From contig CM035357.1 in NCBI GenBank assembly GCA_020137815.1, forward strand, positions 4,712,001 to 4,776,000: a stretch of 64,000 nt of DNA, written 5' to 3'. A program made the translations under genes and the position numbers. The stretch is from Hormiphora californensis. Lineage: Eukaryota > Animalia > Ctenophora. Shown piece after piece: positions 1 to 22,625 of the stretch. The notes under the pieces are model-generated. The model made no database searches and was not told the DNA's origin. It worked only from the letters and a program-made list of their open reading frames with translations. Position 1 is the first letter of the stretch, and the number at the start of each line of letters is the position of its first letter.

Positions 1-333
1 GAAACCTTAGAAAATTTTTATAACTTATTTTTAAATTATCTTGAAATTACTTTCTTTTTCTAATCAGAAATGATCATGTAATCAATACATGGACATTGCA
101 TTTAACACTTAGAGGTGTTTTAGTATAGCATTTTGGACAAAACTAGGGTTTTATGGGCCAAATATGCTCTACCCCGATTTAACGGACACCCCGATTTAAC
201 GGACAAAACCCTTTCCCCCGAGGGTGCCGTTAAATCGGGGTCCGACTGTATAAGCAAAGATATTCTTCCAATTCTGTTAAAGATGAGTTTAGTAGTAATT
301 CCTATTCTATTTTCTAATACATATCCCTTGCAG

Positions 334-1039
334 AGGAGGCATATTCGATGGAGATATGTGACATGTTGACAAAGGAGGCGTGCTCTCTCCTGGGTCTCTC
401 GAAAGAGTCGCCCCTTGCTATAACAGTGGATGCAGGGTGCAAGGCCTTACCTGCCCTAAATGCTATCAAACAGGTATATTATATTTGTATCACTGTCTCT
501 CTGTCTCCCTCAACTCCAAACCCAATTCCTTTTTTCCAACTCCATAAATTCCAGTAACACAGTGTCATGTTCACAGTGTCATGTTCACGGTGTCATGTTC
601 ACACATTGTTCAGGTGATGGAGGTTAAACAGTTGTGGGAGCTGAAAGATGAACTTCCCTGCGAGGTGGAACTAGGTCCATCCTGCCAATTCCACACCCTC
701 CTGGCATGCCCCATCCTCAGGTGAGATCCGAGATTCTGATTACTTCTACAATCCTAGTGACAATAAGTACATTCCTTTCCCCTAAACATATATATCCTCT
801 CGATCCCAAACTCGCCCAGTAGAGACACTTGTCTAGTCATTAAAACTCCCAAATTGCCCTATAACATGTTTTCTATCACAGGGCCCAGTGTACGAAGACA
901 AATCCCACCGATGAGGCTAGAATGTGGACATGTCATATCGAACGATGCCTTGAAACGATTGACAATGACCAGCAAAGTGAAGTGTCCATATTGTCCTCAA
1001 GAGACAAGCCCAACCAATGCCCGCGAGCTGCACTTTTGA
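334..1039 (+). CDS. RMND5A: RMND5/GID2 CTLH-complex RING E3 ligase, last three exons (334-473, 614-720, 882-1039); 5' part lies outside the window
   Basis: Spliced translation EICDMLTKEACSLLGLSKESPL..AGCKALPAL..KDELPCEVELG..FHTLLACPILR..PPMRLECGHVISNDAL..KVKCPYCPQE..ELHF* matches the RMND5 C-terminus. GT-AG junctions. One probable 1-bp indel near 905. Confidence 0.93.
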
Positions 1040-1845
1040 GAAATATGGAACACTCTTTTTCTTGCATCTTTCACATGTTTAAACTTTTTCGAAGAAGAAT
1101 GGGTGTTTAGGCTGGGTATATGAGAGAGTGTTATTTCCCACTTGACAGTGAGACAGCTTGAGGGTGTTTGTATATTGTGTATTATGGTATTTCATATTCA
1201 GTTAACCATCTGAAACACCGTATATTCGATTCTAGTGTGAAGAATGCAGGTGAGACAGCTGTCGAAAGTTTTTATGAAATAAAATGCATGTGTGAGCTGC
1301 TGCACAACAAATGCATGATGCTGAGGACTTTTCAAAAAAAGCTGGACTGGCCAACTCAACTTTTTGTAACGCGCGAAAATCACCCATGATATGTTTGATG
1401 CGCAAAACGCGCGCGTGGGAAGTTTCATGCGCGTAACAACACAACACAGATGCAGGAGTGTAAGCCAGCTCCTTTCCGGGAGGGGGTGTTTCCGGGTTCG
1501 CTTAAACATAGGCCATTGCTCCAGCTCCCCCTGGCTGTCCTTATTAATACAGGAAACGGAGATCAATTCGATCAGACAATTCTTTTCCTTGTCCTTCCAT
1601 AAAAACTCGTGTTTTGAATTAGGTAAAACAAGAAAGAATTACAGAAGTATTATACAATCTACAACACATAGCATCCGCCATCCAGCCTGTTCATTAACAC
1701 AGTCAAAACATCACCAAACATCACAGTTTCTCAGAACTGATAGGAATATTTCAACAGTATCAAATTCATCCATACTAGCGGGTACTGCTGGCTAGCCGAG
1801 CAATATTGGTAGTCACTGTACCTCGCCTTTCAACGTTCGAGTTGT

Positions 1846-4675
1846 TCATTTAGGGTTAAGTGGAGGCGGTGGTTTGATTTTCTTATCTCTCTTTGCGTTA
1901 TAGTAATCCTGAAATATAGACATTTGTGAAAACATAGAACCAGAGAGTAGCTCGTAGCCCCCCCCCTTGAATTGTTCATACTGACAGTGTCAAACGACTC
2001 CCGCTTTTAGTTTGATGATATTATCAACTTTGTATTGGTCACATACCAATTTCCAGGCGATCATTCCCATCCATTCCTCTCGTTCCTCTACATTAGAGGC
2101 CTGTATGTAGTACACTCGTCCCGGTATTACCACACTGGAAATGTATTTAGTTGTTAGAAAGGAATAAAAGTAGAACAGTGGGGTAATTACTAATTTTGGT
2201 AATCAAGAAACAAAGAAAACTGTGTTGCATGATCATATGAAAAGTTGTAAATTCCCAAAACTCACGTAAACCCGTTGTCATAAGAGTCGTCAAGGTACGG
2301 CTCCGGTAGCTTTGGTAAAGTCAATGACACCCCGGGGTGCAACGGCTGATTTTGAAGCATAGTAGCGCATCCAATTCTTTTGAATGACAAACCAGCGACA
2401 CTTCCAGTTCTGTGTGGGGGAGATGTTAGAATTGGAGAGATGTGGGGGAGATGTTAGAATTGTGTGGGGGAGATGTTAGAATTGGGGGTTGAGGTAGAAT
2501 TCTTTCGATAATACCAACAAGTAGTTATAGGAGTTAGGACTCAGGACTTTTGGTTAATTGTAATTTAATAAGATCCAGTATAATAATACTGAATATGTAC
2601 CTTGACATAATCGCCCCGTTTTGTCAGAAAACCGCTCTTTTGTCGAATCTCAAACTCTGGATCTGCAATATCTGTGTCGTGATCCTCGTATATATCAATG
2701 GGGCGAGCTGCTGTCTCAATGTGATCCTGAATATCACCGTACGCAGCTGAGGGGGCAGGTTGTTAAGTTGACATCGTGCTACGGGATATTGCACGTTGTG
2801 CACAAGTTGTTGGGTCTTGGTTGCCTTTGTATGGGATACTGGAAAGCAGGAACCGACCGAAATACTGGTCCCTGATTGGCAGATAACCAGTCACGTGACC
2901 TAAATAACGAGTTCTGATTGGCTGTTTACTTGTTTCGGTCGGTTCCTGTATTGCATCATGCTATTCCTGTCTAATATTGGCCAGAAGTAGGCAAATATTG
3001 GAGAATAACAGGTGTTTCTAAAGAAAGTGTGATGACGTGATATAGTGCAGCCATGAGTAGGGGGTGACGTGATATAGTGCAGTCATGAGTAGCTCTGTAG
3101 CCGACTCCAAGCCAATGTTGGGAGTTACAAAAACACCTGCATCATCTAACTATTCACCGAAAGGTGTTCAACTTTCGACTTCTGAAGATTTACGAAGTCG
3201 AAAGTTCCAGAAATGAAAGTTGAACTACTCTAGTTTTGACATAAAAAGTGAAGAACTAAACTCACCCTTTTCCTCCTCACTAATTATCCGAGGATAAGGA
3301 TATCTGAGTTCCACATGCAACACACCCTCCTTTTGGGCACTGTCAGGCGTTGCTGGAAGGAGGGGTTCGAGTTGATAAATGTAGGTAAATTCACAGTCAG
3401 TTCAATAAAGAGATATTAATGTCGCTTCCTTTCACGCTTGGCAATTAGTTCCTTGAGATGGGAAATCAGATCTGGACTGATCTGACCGACATTAGCTTAG
3501 TGTAGAAGTTCAAAGAGAGGGATAGAAAATGGAATAAATCAATTATCCATGACACTTACCAATAGCGGGAATATTCTGAAAGTGTTCCAGCAATTTGTTG
3601 AGATTCTTGAACTTGTGCTTCCCAAAGTTATACCCGTCCCCCTCCCAAATTATAGTGAAGTGCCGGATTGTACCATCTGGTGACCTGAAATCACATGACT
3701 TATAGAACAGACATATTCATCGGGTCTATTTGTTCAGTAAGGGGTTGAACAAGTGTCTACTATACAAGGTTTTGATAACGAAATTGAGTTTTTTGGGGTT
3801 AATTTAGGTAACTGCAATCTCGTCCAACCAAATGCAGAATGCCAAGGTTTTTGGGAATTTGCCAAGAATTACCTTACAGATACTGCTAGATCATCAGGTC
3901 CCCCCTTTCTGTAGTTCCTGAGCAGGTAACTGCCCGCCTTGTCAGTTCCTATCAGAATGTGCTCCGCCATGTTTCTGTTCATGTTAGGGTGGAACCACCT
4001 GGAATTGTGATAAATGCCAGTGTTATGTTTTTGGGTAAGGCTGTCTGGCGCCGCGACCCATCTGAGCACACTGTCGCGTGCTGAGAATCAAATTGGGGTC
4101 TGGCGCCGCCAGACAGGGGTAAGGGGTGAACTCAAAAAGTGTTATGGGTTGGTTTTATATGATGCTGTTGAGGCTCTACGTCAGTCGTCAGAGTCGCAAT
4201 AAATATGGAAAACCACCTAATAATTAATATATCCTTTCACACTTTCCTCAGTCGTGAAATATTAAATATCCCGACAAATATAATACTGAATGGGTGTCAA
4301 AATTCACCACCCTCATGTGATACTGAGGTGTAAATTTTGACAGGGTACTGCCTGCCAAATGTTTCACCTAGAAATATACATATATCGCCATTTCCCACTT
4401 TTAGGACGTAATCACACACCCCGACGCACCAACACCCATAATCAAAAGTAGCAAAACAAGATAAAAAAGGAGTGTATATGCTTCACTGTCCCTCACATCG
4501 AGAGACAATGAATAGCCTGTCAAATATCCTCCTAATAATACACCTACGGTATTTTAAGAAGTTCATCTCCGATGGCAGGAAAACTAGAATCACAATTTTC
4601 TGAACTCGAGTTGGAAGAAGCAGCCTCTCCGGGGTGCTCGCCAGCGTTGAAGGAGTTAATTGCAAGACGGGACAT
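1846..4675 (-). CDS. DAPP1: DAPP1/Bam32-like SH2 + PH adaptor (exons ~4675-4548, 3998-3873, 3684-3560, 3352-3266, 2839-2601, 2409-2267, 2134-2046, 1908-1846)
   Basis: SH2: WFHPNMNRNMAEHILIG..GSYLLR..DLAVSVR..IRHFTI..YNFGKHKF. Linker LRYPYPR. PH: KSGFLTKRGDYVKNWKCRWFVI..PRGVIDF..VIPGRVYYIQASNVEEREEWMGMIAWKL. Internal exon limits approximate. Confidence 0.82.
2847..2948. mobile_element. ~100-bp MITE family with CAGGAACCGACCGA termini (further copies ~10198-10302, ~16527-16634)
   Basis: Inverted termini and shared core tgattggctgataaccagtcacgtgacctaaataac in three intronic copies. Confidence 0.75.
4039..4116. mobile_element. Small MITE-like hairpin (ctgtctggcgccgc...ggcgccgccagacag); second copy ~7280-7347
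   Basis: Inverted termini, two dispersed copies. Confidence 0.6.
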
Positions 4676-5183
4676 TTTATATGACTCCTAAACCCGGGTT
4701 CTTTTTTGTAAGTAAAAAGGTAAAATAGCCAAATGGAGGTATTCTAGATAATAATATCCAGATTAAAATCCACAGTTTGGTATCGACGAAAAGAAAGGTC
4801 AACATTACTCTTTAAACGAGGCTAAATAGTGGCTTGTTATGTTCTAACCCTCCTTTACATTTGTTTCGCGGGCGAAGCAAAGTCTAGCTAGGCAAATAGT
4901 GACAAGATGTATTGTACAGCCAATGTGCCAAAGTAAACATGAGGCAACTCCGCCCGCGGTACAATTCAGTTAGTTTGGGATTTCTCGCGGTGGTGGGAGA
5001 GAGTTAGTTTCAGACATTGAAAACAAGGAAAACAAACACACAGCCACACCGCTGGACTTTCTACTTTCTTGCCCAATACATGACACTGTTATGTGGAAGT
5101 TCAACTATTCAAATGATTTAAAACATTGACACAACACTGAATCAAATTGACACATGTATAGAGTACAACATACACATGTCTAC

Positions 5184-5648
5184 CTCAATTTGATCAATTC
5201 ATCTTGAAGGGCAGGGAAAGCAAGGTCAAGAGAGCTAGCATAGCTGGCAGATCCTTCAACAGAGCCCGTACTGAGTGTACGGTTCAGGAATATCCCTGCA
5301 ATACTAACCATATCTTATAACGTGAGGGGAGCATATTAGATTTAAACAAACAAACAAACAAACAAACAAACAAACAAACAAACAAACAATCAAACAAACA
5401 ATCAAACAAACAAACAAACAAACAAACAAACAAACAAACTAACTAACAAACAAACAAACTAACAAACAAACTAACAAACAAACAAACAAACAAACAAAGC
5501 TTCAAATTTTCACTAGCTGGTATAGATTGCTAAGCAAGGCTTGAGACGGATACAGAGCACACATAATGCACAGTTGTAACAGGAGACTCAGTTGAAATTT
5601 ACTTCCTTTCCCATCTAGCTCCCTATTTTCCTGTGAATCGCTCTGCAT
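5184..5648 (-). CDS. Alternative 5' coding exons of the DAPP1-like gene (5648-5603, 5295-5184)
   Basis: MQSDSQENRELDGKG-R-IFLNRTLSTGSVEGSASYASSLDLAFPALQDELIKLR. Phases (1 then 2) join in frame to the SH2 exon at 3998. Confidence 0.6.
5344..5498. repeat. (AAAC)n microsatellite
   Basis: Direct inspection. Confidence 0.95.
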
Positions 5649-6217
5649 AAGATAGCAGCAGGGTGACTTTTGGTTACTTTTGCCTCAGGGAGCAGATAGT
5701 ACATCACATGGTTTCCAAAAAAATATGATGGATAAGTTTACCCCTGCCTTCAAAATTAAACTTATCTGCCAGTAGAACCAGTTCACCCCTATCACTACGA
5801 CGACAATGACACTCAGTGAGAGATTAGGTACTTACCCCGCCACTCTCCACTTATCTTCCCAGGTCGTGACGTTCTCGCCTCGATTATATAAAGGTTTTTG
5901 AGTCTCTAATTGATACTTTATCCCAGATAAAAGTGGCACTGTGACTTCGCAATACCATGATAGACGTCAGCCCCCCCTCCCCATGTCACAATAGCATTAA
6001 TTAACACGTATACAATCACAGCTGCTCTTTAACTCCACCAACTGATCTTATTCTCCCTCTTTATTGTACGGTCAATCCATCTCACCATCTGCCACGGAAG
6101 TTGTACTACCGTTTCATGATTTATTTACCATAGTGACAAGATTTAGTTACCATAGTAACCACCAGATGGTCATGGTGATCACGTGATAGCAACCACTCCC
6201 ACGGGTTGGCCGGGGGC

Positions 6218-6227
6218 TTTATAAAAC
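6218..6227 (+). promoter_or_regulatory. Putative TATA box of the small secreted peptide gene
   Basis: TTTATAAAA ~90 nt upstream of ATG 6309. Confidence 0.4.
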
Positions 6228-6308
6228 GACCTCGCACGAAACAAGAGAGAGATTTAGTTCACTAATATTGTGTTGCCAGCCCACTGTTTTGTAATACAGA
6301 TTTTCAGG

Positions 6309-7069
6309 ATGCAGAAGTTCCTATTTGCTTTACTCGTTGTCATGGCAACAGTTGTCTCTTCAGCACCGTAAGTTCCCAATATTTCTAATACCACAACACA
6401 ACGTCAACACATGATTTATTTGTTAATTTGAAATCCGAGTCTTTTCTTAGTTTTTAAACCCAGATAGAGAAATGAAAAAAAAGTACAGTCGGACCCCGAT
6501 TTAGGGACACCCTCGGGGGAAAGGCTCTTGTCCACTAAATCGGGGTGTCCACTAAATCAGTAAATCGGGGTCAAATAAGGTTAATTTCCTATATCGGGGG
6601 GAAAAATCCTGTCCCTAAATCGGGGTGCCACTAAATCGGGGGCCCCTAAATCGGGGTCCGAGTGTATTCACACATTACCTGCACAACACAGGATTGTTGA
6701 GGAAGAGTCCAGGGCGATCGAGGATATCCTCAGAGATCCACAGTCCACCACCGCGGATATCCAGGCTGCTGTAAGTTCTAAAAACAGGGGGGGGGGGGTT
6801 AAACAAATGAAAACAGAGCGAAGAGGGTTTAACAAATGCTATGGTCGGGGGTTTTACAGAGAATGTCAGACCAATTCTGGATTTCAGGGTGGTTTTAAAT
6901 TGGTTTCCTGATCTTTAAATCATACAATTCCTACCTTTAGTTGCAAGCAAAAGGAGCCCATTTTGTGTGCGAGGGAGAACTTGATGACCTGATGAGGATG
7001 TTGAGAATTCCCCCAGGACCCATAATTGGGGCTGTCTTTCAGACAAAAATCCTCCTCTGTTACTCGTAA
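6309..7069 (+). CDS. 88-aa secreted orphan peptide (exons 6309-6367, 6692-6770, 6941-7069)
   Basis: MQKFLFALLVVMATVVSSAPIVEEESRAIEDILRDPQSTTADIQAALQAKGAHFVCEGELDDLMRMLRIPPGPIIGAVFQTKILLCYS*. Signal peptide, GTAAGT donors, consistent phases. Confidence 0.75.
6486..6664. mobile_element. TA-flanked MITE family with TIR CAGTCGGACCCCGATTTA (Tc1/mariner-pogo type); copies 43779-43931, 59796-59971, 62091-62253, partial copies ~170-249, ~10360-10445, ~41305-41377
   Basis: TA|CAGTCGGACCCCGA...TCGGGGTCCGACTG|TA with internal taaatcgggg repeats, many copies. Confidence 0.85.
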
Positions 7070-7923
7070 TGTGTGGAAATCTGACTGGTGTTGGAGAGAA
7101 GATTGGTGACATTGACATTTGACAGGTAGCAGTGGTACCAAGAGAGAAAATTCTTCTGAAGAATTGGAATGTTATTGTGACTGTGAGTTAGAATTATATG
7201 TAATATGTTAATTAATTAATTAATTAACATATTTTATAGTCTGATTAGATCTGTGAAAAGGTACCATGTTTTGTCTTTTGGCTGTCTGGCGCCGCGGACC
7301 CCACCTAAGCGCACCGTCAAATCGGGGTCTGGCGCCGCCAGACAGCCTTTTAATAAGTTTTCAAAATTGTTAATAAAAGTAAAAGATTTGTGTTGTGTTT
7401 GTTAACGATCGTATGAACCAAGTACATTATATATACGCTACATAATCTATACACATAAACACACACACACGCACGCATTGTTTGTTGTTCATGACCTGGT
7501 GTAGTTAGAAATTAAAGTTAAATTTACTTTGATAAAGCTAACATGATAGGTAAAAAAATAACATAAACTCTTCTACTAGGATAACATAATATGTACATAA
7601 GGGTAATGAAAGATATAATTAGGATAATTAGGATATAATTAGGATATATAAGCGAAATAGGCATGGCGTTTGTTTGCTTGGTTTGGTCTAAAACCCTGAA
7701 AGTAAGTTCACTGAAAACCCCACTGATATTGTCGTTGCTCAAACCCGGTAGAGAATTAGATTTAGAATTCAATATCATTAAAATATGATATTCCAAACTA
7801 AACTAAATTGATAATACTATTCCATTTCTAAAGTGGAAATATTAACACTATTCTAAAGTGGATAGACCCTATGCAGTGCACCCGTCACCTCTGGATCATG
7901 TCTCAGTACCTCTCCCTCTCCCC

Positions 7924-18008
<10,085 letters not shown>

Positions 18009-18364
18009 GGTACCAGCAGTTCATAGCATCAACACCAACTAGCTATTCGACATGTGCTAGAAGAAGATAGGGGTGGGATACAAGCTGATTAGCTATAGGA
18101 TACAAGATAGGGGTGGGATGTTCTAACCCTCCTTTATATTTGTGCGGAGGGAGAGGGTCGAACATGGCAAGGGGTGTGGGAAACAAGGGGTCTGTTAACA
18201 GTATTTCATACATAAATTAACCGTCCTCCACCGCGAAGGAACGAAAAACTAAAAGTTAGATATTTCAACACACGCACATAATATCTGAAATATAACAACG
18301 CCACACACAAACATTAAATATATATGTAATAATATCAGCTAAATAAAATACAAGTAGAGAGAGT

Positions 18365-20472
18365 TTATTCCATCTTTTTGCTCCCCACTCCCAGCTTTTC
18401 CATCTCCATTTTCGCTTCCTTGATGTCCTGAAAACCGGATGATATATATGATTAGATTACAAGACTTTAGTCGTTCATTAAATCTAGCTCTGCTAGTTTC
18501 GGTAAATCTTTTTTTAGAGAGAGGTTCGAGCATGGCATGTCTAAAGTTAGCTACAAAGTTAATTCTCAATGTTTGAGCGGTAAGGATCTGAAAAAGCGCC
18601 GAAAAACTCACGTTGGCCAACTCCTCTGACGCGTCCACAGCAGTAACCAACCTCGATACTCGTAGTAGTATAGTCATCAATGAGAAAAACTGAGAGAGAT
18701 GTCACAGCTTGAGTAAAAGATGGGTGTAAACTGTACTAAACAATTTATTTGACCTTCAACCACTCTTCTTAGGAATTTTCTCACGCGTTGTTAATCTCTC
18801 TGTCTTACTCTCACACTCTCACAGTCTGAAACGTATCGCCCATCGATCTCTCCTTCCGAAACGGCAGACCCATTTTATCACGGCACGATGTAACTTAATG
18901 ATTACGGGAGAACGGCTTGAAATATCTCTTAGAGTCTCCGGATGGTTACTCAGGGGACCTAGAGCTAACTTTTGACACCCATGGTTTTACCCCAAGTTGA
19001 AAAAATTTAGTCAGGTTTTTGTTATGATCAGCAACATTTCAACTGCTGATTACACCAAGATGAAAACAGTTTGTGAAAAAGTAACACCTGTTTAGAGGTC
19101 GTGTCGAGGCTCCAAACAGATGTGACAAAAACTGGAACAATTGGGAGAGGTCGATGTAGTTATCGACTCTACTAGTAGAGTCGATAACTACATCGACCTC
19201 TAAACAGGTGTTACTTTTTCACAAACTGTTTTCATCTTGGTGTAATCAGCAGTTGAAATGTTGCTGATCATAACAAAAACCTGACTAAATTTTTTCAACT
19301 TGGGGTAAAACCATGGGTGTCAAAAGTTAGCTCTAGGTCCCCTGAGTAACCATCCGGAGACTCTAAGAGATATTTCAAGCCGTTCTCCCGTAATCATTAA
19401 TCCCGGTGGAGAAAAAAATACAATGCGGACGTACGTGAGCGCTGGCAGGCTGTTTACATGTTATTGTATGTCTCTCACTCTCTCTGGAAAAACCGCACGT
19501 GCGGTTGCGCCGCGCGAGATAACTCTTTCTCAAGGGGGAGAAAAGAGAGAGACGCACATTAACGTTATACATTAAAGTTGAGGTTGTAGGCAATTGCACG
19601 TACGTCCATACTCAAATATGTGCTCTACCGGGATTAATGATTACAGGAGAACGGCTTCAAATATCTCTTAGAGTCTCCGGATGGTTACTCAGGGGACCTA
19701 GAGCTAACTTTTGACACCCATGGTTTTACCCCAAGTTGAAAAAATTTAGTCAGGTTTTTGTTATGATCAGCAACATTTCAACTGCTGATTACACCAAGAT
19801 GAAAACAGTTTGTGAAAAAGTGACACCTGTTTAGAGGTCGTGTCGAGGCTCCAAACTGATGAGACAAAAACTGGAACAATTGGGAGAGGTCGATGTAGTT
19901 ATCGACTCTACTAACTCAGCAGGGGGTCATACAACTTGTATTACAAGCTTTCTCACGGAGATGAGTAATTCAACTAAGTGCGCGCGGAGGTTCTCCCTAT
20001 CATGTCATCGCGCGTCACGTCAAGCACTCACCGCGAATAGGAGAATGGCCAGAGCAGGGAGCTGAAAAAACAACAGGAGGTTAGAATGGTGAATTGATTT
20101 AAATCAGAGCAGGAAATATAGCTTTCCTATCTAGCAATCAAAAAGCGGCACAAGAGAATACAGTGGTATTCCAAAGTTGAAACTCTAAAAAACCCAACGG
20201 CAAACTATCTGCATTCTGCTCAAATTTGAGCTCAGATCCAATTTGAGCTCAGATCCAATTTAATTAACAACTTTAAAGTTGTCAATTAAATTGGACCTGA
20301 GCCTGTTAAAACAATAAGAGAACACGATAGTTAAAGAATATCAGTTGTATACTCTTACCGGGTAAATCCATTGTCTCTTGAAGGCAGGGTCGTAGGGACC
20401 GTATACCGCTGAAACCCAAAGCGCCATAGCCGCAGAGAGAACAGCCAACCAACAAAACAACTTTGATACCAT
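18365..20472 (-). CDS. DPM3: Dolichol-phosphate mannosyltransferase subunit 3, 94 aa (exons 20472-20359, 20061-20032, 18689-18612, 18427-18365)
   Basis: MVSKLFCWLAVLSAAMALWVSAVYGPYDPAFKRQWIYPLPALAILLFAFFSLMTILLRVSRLVTAVDASEELANDIKEAKMEMEKLGVGSKKME*. Two TM helices plus EEL..DI.EAK coiled coil typical of DPM3. Confidence 0.85.
18895..19913. mobile_element. Long-TIR foldback element (~19173-19913) abutting an extra arm (18895-19174), forming nested palindromes in a DPM3 intron
   Basis: Three near-identical 230-280-bp arms in +,-,+ orientation; palindrome centre at 19173/19174. Confidence 0.8.
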
Positions 20473-20913
20473 GGCTACAGTGAGAAGGAGAGAGAGATAA
20501 AGAGGAATGTAGATATTTAGAGAGAGTTGGATGGGGGGGGGGGGGGGGGGGGGCTGAGGTAAGATTTGTTGCAAATATATAACGACTTCATTGCCAGAAA
20601 AAGATAGCAGTTGTCCAACAAAGGAAAACATTAAGAAAAAGATAATAAATACGATAACAAATACGAATTCGATATAAAAATGTACCATTAACAAATATTT
20701 GTACCGTGTTGTCATAACAGTTAAATAATTGCAATTGCCCCCCAATTGCCCATATAATCGCTAAATGTTGAAGCGACAAGTTCAAAAAAACAAATCTCAA
20801 GAACTACATATTGTAGTTTACTAGTTAAGTGGTACTCGCAACTAAAGTTTCATCACATGAAAAAAATAAATAAAAACGGTGAAAAAAACGGTGAAAAAAA
20901 TAGGTGAAGTAAA

Positions 20914-22308
20914 TCATAGAATGGTAGTTGTGGATAAAACAGACGGGACAACAATAATTTCAACGGTTGGGTCAGCAGCAGGAAGGTCTGGGTTTGTGAT
21001 TGTAGTTGTTGGTTCAGAATAAAAGACTCCTTCCACCGGGCCCTGAGTGGGAGATAAAGTGGTAAAATTAGCCTACCGTCGGAACCCGATTTACCGGGAT
21101 GCTTGGGAGAAAGAGTTTTGCCCGGTAAATCCGACTGCAACTCCAAAACTGGATTCAATTGGTCCAAAGCCAGCTCTAGTTATTTCAGTTATAATGCGTG
21201 ATTGGGCAGCTGGACAAGATAATCCCCCCTTACCTTGAGACAACTGGCTGGAAACTTGCCAAACACCCCCGCCAGGAGAATACCGACCAGAAAAACTGGG
21301 AGAAGGCCATACCAAATCCACCACCAGGAAAAGGGGGATGAGGTTGAGGTAGTTGTTGTGGCAGCAGCGGTGGTCTGACGAGGGGGAGTGGTTATCGAGC
21401 ATACTGCTGTCAAAGTCCTGTCGCACAGATAAACCTCTAACTCGCCTGGAGGGGTAACAATTTGTATTAATACTTTTTGGGTTGGATAAATAAACAAAAC
21501 AAAATTGGGAAAGTTATTCATTTATTGATATAAACCCCCTCTCTTTCTATCGATCCCCATTATGAGAGATTCATCTCCTCACCTTCTTGTCTGTAGACTT
21601 CCTGGCATCGATCATCATTTCTCGTTTGACAAAACTCCCTAACATAAGAAACATCTTGTCTTTTCAACTCCAACCAACTCGAATCATCGAACCATTCAAA
21701 TATCACATACTCTACTGTATCACCCAGTCTAAACTCAACCGAGATACGACTCACGGTATCTGGTTCAATGTTGGTGTCACCTTGTCCATCGATAGTACAG
21801 TTGGTGCTTTCGGGTGTCAAAATCACCATGGTGACAGTTTTTGTTTCCATGGCAACGGTAATTTCGTTTCTAGCGGTGGCCACGTTCCGTATGAAAATGT
21901 CTCCGAAATTTGAATTGTTTCGAATGTTTTTCACCGTTCCGTTGGTAGAACAACAGTCTGATCCGGTAGGGGAGTAACAGAGATGACGTCACGAATAACA
22001 CGGCAATGGTGTTCCAAGTGTGGTGGGAGTTCGGAGCAGAGTTTGTATCTCCACCACCTAGCAACAAAATGCGAGTCCATAGCAACGACCCAATCACCAG
22101 GGTGCAGATTCTGGTTATTTCCCGTGTTGCAGGTGTAGTTAATTATGTTGGGCGTTAAAACAAATGGTATATGGTAGACGGATTCGAAGGTTATATTAAA
22201 ACAAACTATCGCCCGAAATTGCTCGGGATTGTGGACAAAAACATCAGATCCGGGTACTTGTAGAGAGTTAGTTTTATGAAGGAGTAGAACGAAGAACAAG
22301 AAAGTCAT
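20914..22308 (-). CDS. Orphan type-I membrane protein (signal peptide, N-glycosylated ectodomain, Thr-rich stalk, TM, short tail)
   Basis: ORFs 22308-21931 and 21934-21583 joined by a probable indel; exon ~21446-21233 with TM WWWIWYGLLPVFLVGILLAGVF; last exon ~21042-20914. Confidence 0.65.
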
Positions 22309-22625
22309 GATTGTACCATTCCATTTTGTAGAGCAGCTATAATTGGAAATATGGATTGGTTAAAAAGGTAAGTCTGGTAAACACGATATATATAACCATG
22401 AATTATCACACTCAGATTGATTCTGTTTACAGAAAAGTATTGCAAGGCTCTATATTTACAAATTTGAAACATTGTGTTATAAAACTACAAATAAATGAAC
22501 CTACCCACTATTACATAGAAACAAACTAAAACGATAACTCGTTCGAAGAGTTACAACTGTTGCCCTATAGTTGCCATGGTAACCCATGTGGTTGCCATGG
22601 TAACCCCCTGTGGTTGCCATGGTTA

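Noticed and set aside
895-915. Frameshifts in RMND5, DAPP1, the LRR gene, the membrane gene and the NRF-6 gene as pseudogenisation or programmed frameshifting
   Set aside because: Single-base indels occur across genes and between the two LTRs, consistent with assembly error
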